DNA from: a virus
Lineage: Duplodnaviria > Caudoviricetes
Length of the DNA stretch: 64,000 nucleotides
IMG/VR virus record: IMGVR_UViG_3300021255_004000
Coordinates: 1 to 64,000 of that record
Reading direction: 5' to 3' (one strand)
The notes below the pieces were generated by a model that did not search any database, was not told the origin of the DNA, and saw nothing but the letters and a program-made list of their open reading frames with translations. Below, one piece after another: positions 50,048 to 59,733 of this stretch. The translations under genes were made by a program, and so were the position numbers. How positions within the stretch are numbered: position 1 is the stretch's first letter; every line of letters begins with the position of its first letter.

Positions 50048-52207
50048 ATGGATACAAAACACTTTAACAACATAAAGATTGCTCGTGGTACTCGTGCTAA
50101 ATGGTTAGCAGGTGCAAAGCCATCTTATGGCGAAATGTTCTATGATAAAAACACCAAAGGTGTTTACATCGCAATTCCAAATGCTGATGCTGAAAATGGA
50201 ATTGATCTTAAACGCTTTGGTGGTTTTGACTCAGTAGTTCTTAAAGGAACAATTCAGGCATCCAACTTTGCGAATATTTGTAAAATTGCAGAACCTGGTG
50301 ATGCATATATTGTAACAGGTGCAATCAATGTTGTACAGCCTGAAATTACATTTGACAATAAGGGTAATGTTTTAAGAAACACAACAAGCGTAAGAACTTA
50401 CGACGATTACTTTAAGAACGGTCAGGTAATTATTTTTACAAGTGAAGATGTTTCAAACATTCCAAATGCATACATCTTCAATGAATCTGAAATTGCTGCA
50501 AATCCTGAAGGCGCAAAAGGTATCGTTACTTTGGCAGGTACTGCTGAAGCTGCTGACCTTGAATATGATCCATCATTGACAGAAGTTGCTTCTGACAAGG
50601 GAATGGGCACAGGTAAAGCAATCACTGATGTACAGACAGCTCTTGATGCTCTTTTCAATGAAAAGATGGAGTTCATCGGCTCATTCAATGAAATAACAAT
50701 TACAGCAACAGACAACCTTACTGATGCTGACAATTATACTCCTGCAACAGCTGCAGATAAAGCTTGGGCAATCATTGCAAAGCAGAAGCAGTTGCTTATG
50801 GGTCAGTCCATTGTTTACTCAGGTCCTACATCAAAGATTACAACTGTAGATGGTGATGTTACAGTCAGAACAAACACAATGATTGTAAATAACGCAGGCG
50901 TTATTTATACAATTCCTCTTGGTGCTTCTGAAGCTCGTGATATTGCATATACTCCTTCTGGTGATCTTAAAACAGATGAGTCTGTTCCAACATTTACAAC
51001 TGTTCAGACAGACGGTACAATCGTTCAGTTAACTGAAGATCAGATTGCAACTGTACAGCACGCATTGGACTACTTGCACCAGAATAAAGCTGACTTGAAC
51101 AGCAATGGTAAGTTGCCACTTTCACAGATGCCATCAACAATGATTGGTGCTCTTCAGTATGTTGGTACTGTTAAGATTGACGATGATGTAACATCTTTGA
51201 CAGTTGCAGAATTGGCTGGTTTGATGCGTTCTGCAAAAGAAGGTGGAGATTCTTGGGAAACAGAAACTGATAGCAAGGAAGGAAACAAGAAAGCTCAGGC
51301 ATATGAAAACCTTGACTCTGGTGACTATGTAATTATCTCAATTCCACTTTCAACAACTGACGGTGAAGATCACAAACTTTCAAGACAGATTTCAGTTCTT
51401 GATGGTAAAACTGAAGTATTCAAACTCAGCAACGGCGATCACGTGATTGTGAACAAAGCTGATGAAGATGGATATGTGTTTGACCGTCTTGATACATCTG
51501 CTGCTGTTGATGCTATCAACGAAATCATCGGTTCAGTTGAAATCGTTGATAAAGAAAGACTTGTTCCTGAGTCATTCAACGAAGATGGTACAGCAACATC
51601 TGCAACTATTCAGGAAACACAGATTACAACTGATGCAGCAACTCACACAATCAGAGTTGAAGCACCAAACGCCGTTCTTGAAAGCAAAGCAATCCCTGCT
51701 CACAACTTGTCACAGGCTGGCGGCAACCGTTCATTAGTTGAGTCTGACTTGTTCGTAAACGATACAAAGCACAGCTCAAACTACAAAACTGGCGACGATA
51801 AAACACACAACACTGAAATCATCGGAAAGAAGAAAGATGGTACACAGGTTACTGTTGAACTTCCAAACAAAGATGGTATGCTTCAGGTTATCGGCGAAGG
51901 TAACGGTACAAAAGATGTTCTTCCTAAGTTCGATGAAGACGGATCTTTAATCGACTCTGAAGTATCTCAGACAAACGATGCAACAACAGGAAACGGTACA
52001 TTCCACCTTGGCGAAAACTTTGACATCAACTATGATGAACTTGCAAAACTCTTGCAGTATCTTCGCGGAACTGTTAAGATTACTCGCTTGTTCGACCACG
52101 ACGATGCAAACATCAATTCTGAATCACAAACTGCTCGTACACACGATGAAAACACACTTGTTGTACTTGACGAGGATTCTGCTATTGATGGCGGTGAATG
52201 GGAATAA
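50048..52207 (+). CDS. Tail fibre protein
   Basis: IKIARG N-terminus; VQ.ALD repeats; KADLNSNGKLPLSQMP; C-terminal IDGGEW. Confidence 0.65.
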   Translation: MDTKHFNNIKIARGTRAKWLAGAKPSYGEMFYDKNTKGVYIAIPNADAENGIDLKRFGGFDSVVLKGTIQASNFANICKIAEPGDAYIVTGAINVVQPEITFDNKGNVLRNTTSVRTYDDYFKNGQVIIFTSEDVSNIPNAYIFNESEIAANPEGAKGIVTLAGTAEAADLEYDPSLTEVASDKGMGTGKAITDVQTALDALFNEKMEFIGSFNEITITATDNLTDADNYTPATAADKAWAIIAKQKQLLMGQSIVYSGPTSKITTVDGDVTVRTNTMIVNNAGVIYTIPLGASEARDIAYTPSGDLKTDESVPTFTTVQTDGTIVQLTEDQIATVQHALDYLHQNKADLNSNGKLPLSQMPSTMIGALQYVGTVKIDDDVTSLTVAELAGLMRSAKEGGDSWETETDSKEGNKKAQAYENLDSGDYVIISIPLSTTDGEDHKLSRQISVLDGKTEVFKLSNGDHVIVNKADEDGYVFDRLDTSAAVDAINEIIGSVEIVDKERLVPESFNEDGTATSATIQETQITTDAATHTIRVEAPNAVLESKAIPAHNLSQAGGNRSLVESDLFVNDTKHSSNYKTGDDKTHNTEIIGKKKDGTQVTVELPNKDGMLQVIGEGNGTKDVLPKFDEDGSLIDSEVSQTNDATTGNGTFHLGENFDINYDELAKLLQYLRGTVKITRLFDHDDANINSESQTARTHDENTLVVLDEDSAIDGGEWE

Positions 52208-52223
52208 ACCTTTTAGGTTGAAA

Positions 52224-52260
52224 TAAAAAGGCGGGCAAAAAGCCCGCCTTAATTTATTTA
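52224..52260. terminator. Bidirectional terminator
   Basis: AAGGCGGGC-aaaaa-GCCCGCCTT. Confidence 0.85.
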
Positions 52261-52267
52261 TTGGCAC

Positions 52268-52555
52268 TTATCTGTTCTGTTTGAAAATTCCCAAACTCGG
52301 GATTTCAAATTCTCCCATAGGAACGCCACACCAAGTATGCTCAACAACCTTGTAGCCGTCTCTCTTGTCCTTCTCAAGTTCCTTTGAAAAGATTTCTTCT
52401 TTTCGTTCCTTTGCCCAAATAAAAAGTTTGGCAAACTCGCTCATAGGTACTTGGTGGCCTTTATTGACCATAGACTGCAGTTCGTTTATACCTGTTTTTA
52501 ATGTCTGATTGATAAGTGCCTCATCAGTCATATCCCTTACTTCAGATTCCATCAT
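52268..52555 (-). CDS. Hypothetical protein
   Basis: AAGGAG RBS. Confidence 0.65.
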   Translation of the reverse strand: MMESEVRDMTDEALINQTLKTGINELQSMVNKGHQVPMSEFAKLFIWAKERKEEIFSKELEKDKRDGYKVVEHTWCGVPMGEFEIPSLGIFKQNR

Positions 52556-52576
52556 ATTTGAACTCCTTAAAACTAA

Positions 52577-52600
52577 GCGGAAGTATTTCTCAACTTCCGC
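52577..52600 (-). terminator. Hairpin/terminator after the vWA gene
   Basis: GCGGAAGT-N8-ACTTCCGC. Confidence 0.55.
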
Positions 52601-52608
52601 CTTTGTTT

Positions 52609-54672
52609 TTATCTTACATTGATTACTTTCATCTTCTGTGCAGCGATTTCTTCGCGTTTGTTTGAAGCAGAGCTTATCAAAGCCTGTCCGCCATCAAAAC
52701 CGCCCCAGCAAACAGCGAATGTATCACCCTTAATTCCTGCGAGTTCTTCAGCCCAGTCTCCCAAGCAGTCCTCGAAGTCGGAGATTACGCAAAGTTTGTC
52801 CTGTTCAGATTTCAAGTACTTTTCCTTTGCATAACGGATTCCACGAGCGATTGATGTACCGCCACCACAGCAGATTGCTTCAAGGTTTGATCTTTTCAAA
52901 GGAAGGTCATCAACAAGGCGAGTGTCCCACAAGATGATTCTTGACTTTGTACCAAACTTTGATTTGTATTTAAGTACTTCAGAAAGAAGTGCCTTAACCA
53001 ATTCAATGTTAACCGAACCTGAAACATCGATTAAAGCAACCAAGTTTCCAGGGCGGTATTCCTCAACAGTTGTAATGCGTGTTCTCATTACACCGCCTGA
53101 AGTTTTACCGCGGTTGTAGTTGTACAGCGGATCCTGACGATCTCTCTGAACAGTTTTGCCGATACAGTTTCTCTCAATGAACTTGAGAACAGATTTGTCA
53201 AGGCGCATTGTAGGAGTTGCATCAACCAAGTTTGTTGACTCTCCATCACCAGGAGCGCTCCAGTCATCTGCATCATCTCCGCCTGAACCTGAAGCAGCAA
53301 CCGCTGCCTGACCCTGCTGACCATTTTCTGCATTTCTGCGGTCCTCAGCAGCCTGAGCCATTGCCTGTGCAAGTTGATTGCCTTTGTCACCGTTCTGAGC
53401 ATTTGCTTTGACAACTGAAGCCTTCATCTTGTTTCCGTTTCCGTTGTTTCCGTTTCCCTGCTCAGGCTTTCCTTTGCCGTCGCCTTTTACTTTTGACTTT
53501 CCGCCTTTACCAGCTTCGTCCTGTCCTTTATCGCCGTTCTTGCCGTTGCCATTCTGATCTTTACCGTTTCCGTTCTGACCATCCTGACCCTGCTGATTTC
53601 CGTTGTTTCCTGACTGGCCCTGCTGATTGCCGTTCTGTCCGTTTTGGCCGTCCTGACTGTTGTTTCCGCCTTCGCCATCTTTTGATTTGTGGTTGAAGAT
53701 TGAAGTTGGGTCATCTTTCAAGCCGTTGTTATTATTCTGCTGCTGAGAATTGTTTCCCTGCTGCTGTTGATTTCCACCCTGAGAGTTTCCTCCCTGCTGA
53801 CCGCCACCTGACTGCTGTCCGCCAGCCTGCGAACCACCCTGAGATGAACCCTGGCCTTGTCCCTGGCCCTGACCTGACTGACCCTGCTGTCCAGACTGAC
53901 CTGACTGTCCGCCCTGCTGCTGACCATTCTGTCCCTGCTGTTGCTGAGCCTGCTGTCTCTGCATCTCATCAACCTGTTCATTGAGTTTGTCCATAAACTC
54001 ATTAGGCTGAGTAAGAATCAAGTGGAGATATCCCATCCAAGTCAAACCGTTAGGGAAGCCGAAGTCTGAAGGATGAACTCCGCGAGAGAACTTGTGGATT
54101 TCATCAGGCTTTTCTTCCATCCATTTTTCGATTGACTGAAGTTGTTCTTCGTTTGCGTAAGAAATAAAGCGGGCAAGCGCAGCATCAGAAATTCTTTCGC
54201 GAACTTCCTCAAAGTCCTTTGCTTCAGGCCAGTACTTACCGTTGATTTCAAGGTCCTGGGTAATGTTGCGGATCATATGAATGAAGCTTTCAGAAACATC
54301 GTCCTCTTCATTTCCTTCCATTTCAATATGTTCGCGGAACTTAGGCCATTTTGACTTGATCTGTCGTGAGGCCTGCATATCTTTGTACCAGTTGTCTTTG
54401 AAGTGCTGCAGTACACAATGTCCTGCCTCGTGCATCATCAACTGTTCTTTTGCAAGGCCGTTTGCTGCATCTGTTGCAAAAATATTGTAAACTCCAGAAG
54501 CTGTCTTACAAGAGCAGCCAGGAGCCATTGTCATAGGATCTTCCATTTCTTCCCAAACCAAGGTATTCATCTGATCCATAACTTCTTCGTAGTTTGGGCT
54601 GTGAATTGGGTCGAGGTGAGGAATGCGAGCAAGGAGTTCTGCTTTCTTTTGCTGCATTTCAAGTTCTTCCAT
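52609..54672 (-). CDS. Zincin metallopeptidase plus vWA domain protein (DUF2201-like) with long Q/G/N-rich linker
   Basis: HEAGH..H; DLEIN; MIDAS DVSGS, GGGT, ISD; GGAGG RBS before MEELE. Confidence 0.85.
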   Translation of the reverse strand: MEELEMQQKKAELLARIPHLDPIHSPNYEEVMDQMNTLVWEEMEDPMTMAPGCSCKTASGVYNIFATDAANGLAKEQLMMHEAGHCVLQHFKDNWYKDMQASRQIKSKWPKFREHIEMEGNEEDDVSESFIHMIRNITQDLEINGKYWPEAKDFEEVRERISDAALARFISYANEEQLQSIEKWMEEKPDEIHKFSRGVHPSDFGFPNGLTWMGYLHLILTQPNEFMDKLNEQVDEMQRQQAQQQQGQNGQQQGGQSGQSGQQGQSGQGQGQGQGSSQGGSQAGGQQSGGGQQGGNSQGGNQQQQGNNSQQQNNNNGLKDDPTSIFNHKSKDGEGGNNSQDGQNGQNGNQQGQSGNNGNQQGQDGQNGNGKDQNGNGKNGDKGQDEAGKGGKSKVKGDGKGKPEQGNGNNGNGNKMKASVVKANAQNGDKGNQLAQAMAQAAEDRRNAENGQQGQAAVAASGSGGDDADDWSAPGDGESTNLVDATPTMRLDKSVLKFIERNCIGKTVQRDRQDPLYNYNRGKTSGGVMRTRITTVEEYRPGNLVALIDVSGSVNIELVKALLSEVLKYKSKFGTKSRIILWDTRLVDDLPLKRSNLEAICCGGGTSIARGIRYAKEKYLKSEQDKLCVISDFEDCLGDWAEELAGIKGDTFAVCWGGFDGGQALISSASNKREEIAAQKMKVINVR

Positions 54673-54686
54673 AATTTCCTCCATTT

Positions 54687-54723
54687 ACAGTAATAATATA
54701 AAAGACTTCTGTCAAAAGTTCAA
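54687..54723 (-). promoter_or_regulatory. Early promoter TTGAAC-N17-TATATT
   Basis: Conserved copy. Confidence 0.8.
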
Positions 54724-54750
54724 AAATTCTTAAATTATTTTGAAATAAAA

Positions 54751-54778
54751 AACGGGAAACAATTCTCAGTTTCCCGTT
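54751..54778 (-). terminator. Intrinsic terminator
   Basis: AACGGGAAAC-N8-GTTTCCCGTT with a U tail on the minus strand. Confidence 0.75.
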
Positions 54779-54794
54779 CTTTTATCTGCTTTAT

Positions 54795-55034
54795 TTAGGC
54801 GCGGCGACCGCGTGTAATCTGCAGGAATGTGTCGATTGTAACAGGCTGGTATGTCTGATCTTTGATAACATAAACCCGTTCAATTTCTGACTGTGAAAGA
54901 ACTTTGGAAATATCTCCTTCCACATAGAATGTTCCTTTGCGGAAACCTGCGGAAACAACTTCGTTTCCTCTTGCATATTTTGAACCTGTTCTCGGCTTAA
55001 CGTTGATGTAGTAATCCATCTTTAATCTTCCCAT
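54795..55034 (-). CDS. Hypothetical protein
   Basis: AAGGAG RBS. Confidence 0.65.
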   Translation of the reverse strand: MGRLKMDYYINVKPRTGSKYARGNEVVSAGFRKGTFYVEGDISKVLSQSEIERVYVIKDQTYQPVTIDTFLQITRGRRA

Positions 55035-55067
55035 AATTATCTCCTTAAAAATTGGTTTTCAAATTAT

Positions 55068-55088
55068 TCCCAGGGACAAGCCCTGGGA
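55068..55088 (-). terminator. Hairpin after the AAA gene
   Basis: TCCCAGGG-acaag-CCCTGGGA. Confidence 0.6.
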
Positions 55089-55096
55089 TTTTTCGA

Positions 55097-56470
55097 TTAG
55101 GCAGAGAACTCTGCGTAGAACTTGTAGTTCTCGAGAACTTTTTCCATTCCCTGCTGAGCGATTTCAACTTCAGGATTCTGTGGAAGAGCCTGAGTGATAC
55201 GGATCAACTGTTCAACGGCAGTTATATCAGCAGTAAGTTTTGCAAAGTTTACAGCGCGTGTTTTTTCATCAACTCCCTGGCCGACCAGAGCAGTCAAAGT
55301 TTCGTGCGGATTTTTGTCAGCGTAGGTCTGCATAATCTGTGTGTAGATTTCTCCCAAACCTTTGCGTGTATCAACCGCATTTGCGTGAGTTCCGTCAAGG
55401 AACAGGCTGAGTTTTGCAACCTTATCTGCGATAGAAGTTACACCCTGGAAAATGTCCTGACCGCCAATTACAGGAGCCTCACCAGACTTAAGTCTCTTAA
55501 GAACCTGACGAGTTCTTTCCTGAACTGCTTTGAGGTAGCTCCGTGTTTGATTAACATCCTCGAAGGAACCTGTACCTGCACCAATCAAACCCTGCACCAT
55601 CTTGTCGATGAACTGATTGCGTTTAGGATTGAGCGGTACATCGAGCGCAGCACAAGCCCACATTGCTCGCTGCATATATTCGTAAGTACGGCCAGAAATG
55701 AAGTTGTAAACTTCTCCAGTTTCGCTGAAGTTTCCTTCAAACATTTCAGCAAAGTTTTTGTTTTTGATGTCAAGCATTCCCTTGCCAGAGTCTCTTTCGT
55801 TTGCATAGCATTCGAAGATTTCCATCATCATATTTTTGACTTCGGCACGAGCATTCTTTTTGAAAGCTTCAGTCATTATCGGGAAAGGATCCTTGAACTC
55901 AGGCCAGTCCGCAATGCGTTCATTTTCATCCTGAGAGAACTCATCAAGGAAGTCCATATAGTTGTCAGGACAAAGGTTGATAACGCAGAAGCGGTTGAGT
56001 GAAGGCGAAGTAATATCGCAGTAAGAAGGCAGGTTGTCTTTGAAGTTACCTGCGGAAATAATTACGCAGTCATCAGGAAGAGTGTTTCCGTTTCCGATTG
56101 TGCGTTCGAAGATCAAGCGGTACAAAGCACCCTGCACCAAAGAAGGACAAACAGAAAGTTCGTCGATAAACAAGATACAAGGAATACCTTCCTTCTGCTT
56201 TTCAAGAATTGTCTGATACCAAGTAGGGTTCTTAGTTGTCAAACATTCCTTTCCAGGCTCGTTAACCTGAAAACCAAGGATTTCGTTATTTTCAAATCCT
56301 GAACCGATGAGTGAAACGACGTGATATCCATAGTGCTCGCCGATCTCATTTACAATCGAGGTTTTTGCCAAACCTGGGTTAGAAAGCAAGAGCATCGGTA
56401 CCTTGTTTTCTGTCGCACGAGTTACCTCAAAAGCTGTAATGATGGTATCTCTGATCTTATTTGTTCCCAT
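55097..56470 (-). CDS. MoxR-like AAA+ ATPase
   Basis: Walker A SNPGLAKT; Walker B LFIDEL; AGN; arginine finger LNRF; SGR sensor. Confidence 0.85.
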   Translation of the reverse strand: MGTNKIRDTIITAFEVTRATENKVPMLLLSNPGLAKTSIVNEIGEHYGYHVVSLIGSGFENNEILGFQVNEPGKECLTTKNPTWYQTILEKQKEGIPCILFIDELSVCPSLVQGALYRLIFERTIGNGNTLPDDCVIISAGNFKDNLPSYCDITSPSLNRFCVINLCPDNYMDFLDEFSQDENERIADWPEFKDPFPIMTEAFKKNARAEVKNMMMEIFECYANERDSGKGMLDIKNKNFAEMFEGNFSETGEVYNFISGRTYEYMQRAMWACAALDVPLNPKRNQFIDKMVQGLIGAGTGSFEDVNQTRSYLKAVQERTRQVLKRLKSGEAPVIGGQDIFQGVTSIADKVAKLSLFLDGTHANAVDTRKGLGEIYTQIMQTYADKNPHETLTALVGQGVDEKTRAVNFAKLTADITAVEQLIRITQALPQNPEVEIAQQGMEKVLENYKFYAEFSA

Positions 56471-56508
56471 ACTATCCTCCGTGGGTTACTTTGTTTTGTT
56501 TTATTGTT

Positions 56509-56545
56509 ACAGTAATAATATAAAAGTAACTTGCGGAAAGTTCAA
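56509..56545 (-). promoter_or_regulatory. Early promoter TTGAAC-N17-TATATT
   Basis: Conserved copy embedded in a TGCGGAA/TTCCGCA hairpin. Confidence 0.8.
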
Positions 56546-56597
56546 AAAATTTTTGAAAATTCCGCATTTTTTTTAATTATTCTGCCATACTCGCTGA

Positions 56598-57200
56598 TTA
56601 AGCTTTAGGGACAATTTCGTTTATCAACATTGAGTTGTTTTCATTGAAGAAAACATCACCAGCTTCCTGCAAAGTTGCAAACTCGCCGCTGCGGTATTTC
56701 TTCAAGAAAATAACCAAGTTTTTATTGTACTTGAAACGGAACTGAGAAGTCGGAACTGTTTCGTCCTTGTTCATAGGTACCCGTTCCATTATAACAATGT
56801 TCTTCCAAAGAATAACTTTGTCAATTCTCCAAAGCTTCTGAGACTTAATTCGTCTTTCATACTTTGGAAGTTCTTTTATCGACTTTCCGCTTTCAACCAT
56901 TGTTGCAAGTTCCTGAGGAGTCAACTGATGTTCCTCATACTCAGTCTCAATTAAAAGTGGATAATGTCGAGGCTTGATGTACTCCTTGATGTCGTGAATA
57001 AACACCTGTGGGTCCTTTGTAAAGTCCCACGGAAAGAAGTACTCGTTTCCAGTGTTCTTATGAATAATAAAAACGCCATCTTGTCCGTTTTGTGATGCAG
57101 TTCTTGTTGCAAGTACACACGGACATTTTTCACAGAAGCTAATCAACTTCTTCATAGTTGTTTGCTTCCATTTATCTCCGTTGAAGTTTTCAGCTATCAT
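56598..57200 (-). CDS. Hypothetical protein
   Basis: 200 aa coupled ORF. Confidence 0.7.
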   Translation of the reverse strand: MIAENFNGDKWKQTTMKKLISFCEKCPCVLATRTASQNGQDGVFIIHKNTGNEYFFPWDFTKDPQVFIHDIKEYIKPRHYPLLIETEYEEHQLTPQELATMVESGKSIKELPKYERRIKSQKLWRIDKVILWKNIVIMERVPMNKDETVPTSQFRFKYNKNLVIFLKKYRSGEFATLQEAGDVFFNENNSMLINEIVPKA

Positions 57201-57494
57201 TTAGGCCTCGCTTGAGTTTTCAGCTGCAACTCCGCCATCAATAAGTACACACAAAGTGAAGAAGTCTTCTGATGCAGCAGCAGGATCGTCCTGTTCCCGT
57301 ACTTCCTTCCAGTACTTGTATGCCTTTGCAATGTCTTTCTTATTTGCTTCGTGGCCCTGAGCGAAACCTTTCTGTCTTTCAGCAATATCAGCCTTAATCA
57401 TCTTAATCTGAGACTGAAGTGCGTCAGCTTTTTCTTCAAGAGCCATCTCTGCTTCAAACTCGCCAACCAATTCATTGTAAGATACATTTGTCAT
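57201..57494 (-). CDS. Small helical protein, possibly a T4 DsbA/GapR-like dsDNA-binding protein
   Basis: Coiled-coil N-half followed by KKDIAKAYK; weak resemblance only. Confidence 0.4.
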   Translation of the reverse strand: MTNVSYNELVGEFEAEMALEEKADALQSQIKMIKADIAERQKGFAQGHEANKKDIAKAYKYWKEVREQDDPAAASEDFFTLCVLIDGGVAAENSSEA

Positions 57495-57507
57495 TTCAAT
57501 TCACCTC

Positions 57508-57927
57508 TTAATTTGATTTCTTTTCTTTTGCTTCCTGATCTCTTACTGCTCTTTTTGCTGAGCTGTAAATGTTGAAAGCAACTTTTTCCCAAGCCTTCAA
57601 AGCTGAAAGCGGGTCAAGGAATAAGCCGATAGAAATATCGTTTACTCTCCAAGCGATTTCTTCTGTCTCTTTGCCATCTTCACCACGATGAACTTTCTTT
57701 GCAAGTTCGTAAGTGCCATCTTCGTTTTCAAGAACAACTTCTGCGTACTTTGCCCATACACCTTTGCTGTTCCCTGGCTGCTTTACATATTCGTCAAAGA
57801 CAAACTTTTCGATAGAAGTTCTGCCACAACCATTGTCATATACAGCAGAATAAAGAACATCGCCTTTTTTAAGGTCTTTCATAATGTCTCTGTCAATTCC
57901 ACTTTTTATGCCTGTGTTTGTTCGCAT
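57508..57927 (-). CDS. Hypothetical protein
   Basis: Overlaps the primase end; GGAG RBS. Confidence 0.7.
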   Translation of the reverse strand: MRTNTGIKSGIDRDIMKDLKKGDVLYSAVYDNGCGRTSIEKFVFDEYVKQPGNSKGVWAKYAEVVLENEDGTYELAKKVHRGEDGKETEEIAWRVNDISIGLFLDPLSALKAWEKVAFNIYSSAKRAVRDQEAKEKKSN

Positions 57928-59033
57928 CTTTTCTTCTCCTCTTGTAGCAACGCTACAGTATCATTTATCAATTTTTCATTGACAAGAATATCTTTTGAAT
58001 TATCAAGCCAATGAGCTTTTCTACATTGTTCAACTGTTCGTCCTGTTTTTACAGGAATGTCACCAACATCCTTTACACCTTGGTCGTGAAACGGCGGTAC
58101 AACAAACTTCCAATCTCTTTTGATAGGAGCTTCTTTTAATGATTCCATCAACCGTCTTAATGAAAGCCAACCTGCCAAATCATTGTCGATTATGTATGTA
58201 AAGTCAAACTGTTTTAAGAAGTATCTTTGTCTTTCAGAGATTGACGCTCCGAAAACTGCAGTTGAGTTCTTTGTGTTAAAGAAACTGTCAGTGCGAAGCA
58301 CAGCAAGATCCATAATGCCTTCAACAAAGTAAAGTCTTCTTGAACTGTCGAGTTTATCAATATCGTAAAGAGTTGATGTTGAAGCGCCTCTTGGATATAT
58401 ACATTTCTTGTATTCGTGTTCGTCAGGATTCAGTCCTTTGCGGCGCAACATATTGTAGTAATATTCTTTACCATAAATGTCACGGCCTTCACAAGAAAGT
58501 AACTTACCTCTTTCATAAATTGGAATTACAAGACGCTTTGTGAAATAAACCATCTGATCTTTATTGTTTGGCTCAAATGTATCAAAAGAGCGTGCCATTG
58601 TTGCAAAAGACATACGCATTGACTTTGCAACAGAGACAGGAATGCATCTTTGCATTAAGTACTTGCAAACATCAGGATCTTTATCAACTGGGATAAAAGC
58701 TCCATCAAGTGCGATATGAACATCAGGTGTTGCTGATAAATCTTCTTTGACTGTTTCTTTGAAAGGATTTACAAAAGTCGCTTCATCTTGAGCTTCCCAT
58801 TTTATACCAAGCTCTTTATTGATTGAATGTCCTGTTATCTCACGAAAGAGACCTCTCAACTTTCCGTTATAACCGCAACTGAAGCAGTGGCAAAGACCTC
58901 TATCTAAGTCAACAGAGAATGAAGGATGTTTATCTGTATGAAAGGGACAATGTCCCATAGTTGAATTGTGCTTGACATTTTTAGATATGTCAAGCCTTAA
59001 AACGATTTGTTCGTTAATCTCTCTTTCAGTCAT
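57906..59033 (-). CDS. DnaG-type DNA primase
   Basis: CHC2 Zn finger CPFH.DKHPSF..C.SCG; TOPRIM VEGIMD, DNDLAG, KDVGD. Confidence 0.92.
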   Translation of the reverse strand: MTEREINEQIVLRLDISKNVKHNSTMGHCPFHTDKHPSFSVDLDRGLCHCFSCGYNGKLRGLFREITGHSINKELGIKWEAQDEATFVNPFKETVKEDLSATPDVHIALDGAFIPVDKDPDVCKYLMQRCIPVSVAKSMRMSFATMARSFDTFEPNNKDQMVYFTKRLVIPIYERGKLLSCEGRDIYGKEYYYNMLRRKGLNPDEHEYKKCIYPRGASTSTLYDIDKLDSSRRLYFVEGIMDLAVLRTDSFFNTKNSTAVFGASISERQRYFLKQFDFTYIIDNDLAGWLSLRRLMESLKEAPIKRDWKFVVPPFHDQGVKDVGDIPVKTGRTVEQCRKAHWLDNSKDILVNEKLINDTVALLQEEKKRCEQTQA

Positions 59034-59065
59034 TTAGCATTTATACCTGAAATTATATTAACAGC

Positions 59066-59575
59066 TTAGTATGGTCTGTAACCTCTTTGTATTCTTTGTC
59101 CGTAAACAACTGTTGCTGCATATTTGTTTCCAGCGACGATGTTGTTATCAGAACCTCTTCGAAGTTCAGGCTTTACAAAACTGTTTAGCGTGTCGAAGTA
59201 TTTTTCTCGAAGAGCATCATCAGTCTCTCCATTTTCTTTTGCTTTTTGAATGTCATTGTGAAGCTGCTTCAAATTGAGAACACCTTCTTCAGAATTGATG
59301 TTCAATTTTCTTACAGAGTTTTCACAACGGTCAATAACATAATAACATCCGTATGTTTCACAACAGTTCTTTACAATCGTTCCTGCTTTCTCATCCATTG
59401 TTCCTTCAATGATTTTGATAAACTTTGGAATGTTTGTGTACAGTTTTATTGTACCATCATCAATGATAACACGAACATTATTCTTGTTTGGATTTGGACA
59501 AAAAATAAGAAAGAAGAAATCGCTCAGAAGTTCTTCTGTTGTCAACATCTTTTTTGGTTGAATTTCATCACTCAT
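59066..59575 (-). CDS. Hypothetical protein
   Basis: AGGA RBS before MSDE. Confidence 0.7.
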   Translation of the reverse strand: MSDEIQPKKMLTTEELLSDFFFLIFCPNPNKNNVRVIIDDGTIKLYTNIPKFIKIIEGTMDEKAGTIVKNCCETYGCYYVIDRCENSVRKLNINSEEGVLNLKQLHNDIQKAKENGETDDALREKYFDTLNSFVKPELRRGSDNNIVAGNKYAATVVYGQRIQRGYRPY

Positions 59576-59733
59576 TTTATAAGTCCTAATTCTTTTGCTG
59601 GGCAATCCTTGTCACAGTCCTCACAAAAACAGTCTGGACAACCTTCATCATTTTGTTTCTTCTCTTTTTCTTCAGTGGTCTTTTCCGCTTTATCAAGCAT
59701 TGCTTGAAACATTTCCTTTTCTGAAACTTCCAT
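59572..59733 (-). CDS. 53-aa Cys-rich protein (not in the ORF track)
   Basis: MEVSEKEMFQAMLDKAEKTTEEKEKKQNDEGCPDCFCEDCDKDCPAKELGLIK; fills the gap, with an ATGA overlap to the next gene. Confidence 0.7.
   Translation of the reverse strand: MEVSEKEMFQAMLDKAEKTTEEKEKKQNDEGCPDCFCEDCDKDCPAKELGLIK

Noticed and set aside
41295-52207. Diversity-generating retroelement acting on fibres
   Set aside because: No reverse transcriptase or TR/VR nucleotide pair was seen; similarity is only at the protein motif level
20744-52260. Similar AAGGCG(A/G)GC hairpins (20748, 36840, 52228) as mobile MITE/REP elements
   Set aside because: All sit between convergent genes with A/T tails, so they are ordinary bidirectional terminators
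53250-53960. Tandem DNA repeat array
   Set aside because: Degenerate codon-level repetition encoding the Q/G/N linker
55052-56002. 316-aa plus-strand ORF
   Set aside because: Antisense shadow of the MoxR gene; no RBS or motifs, and explained by codon bias
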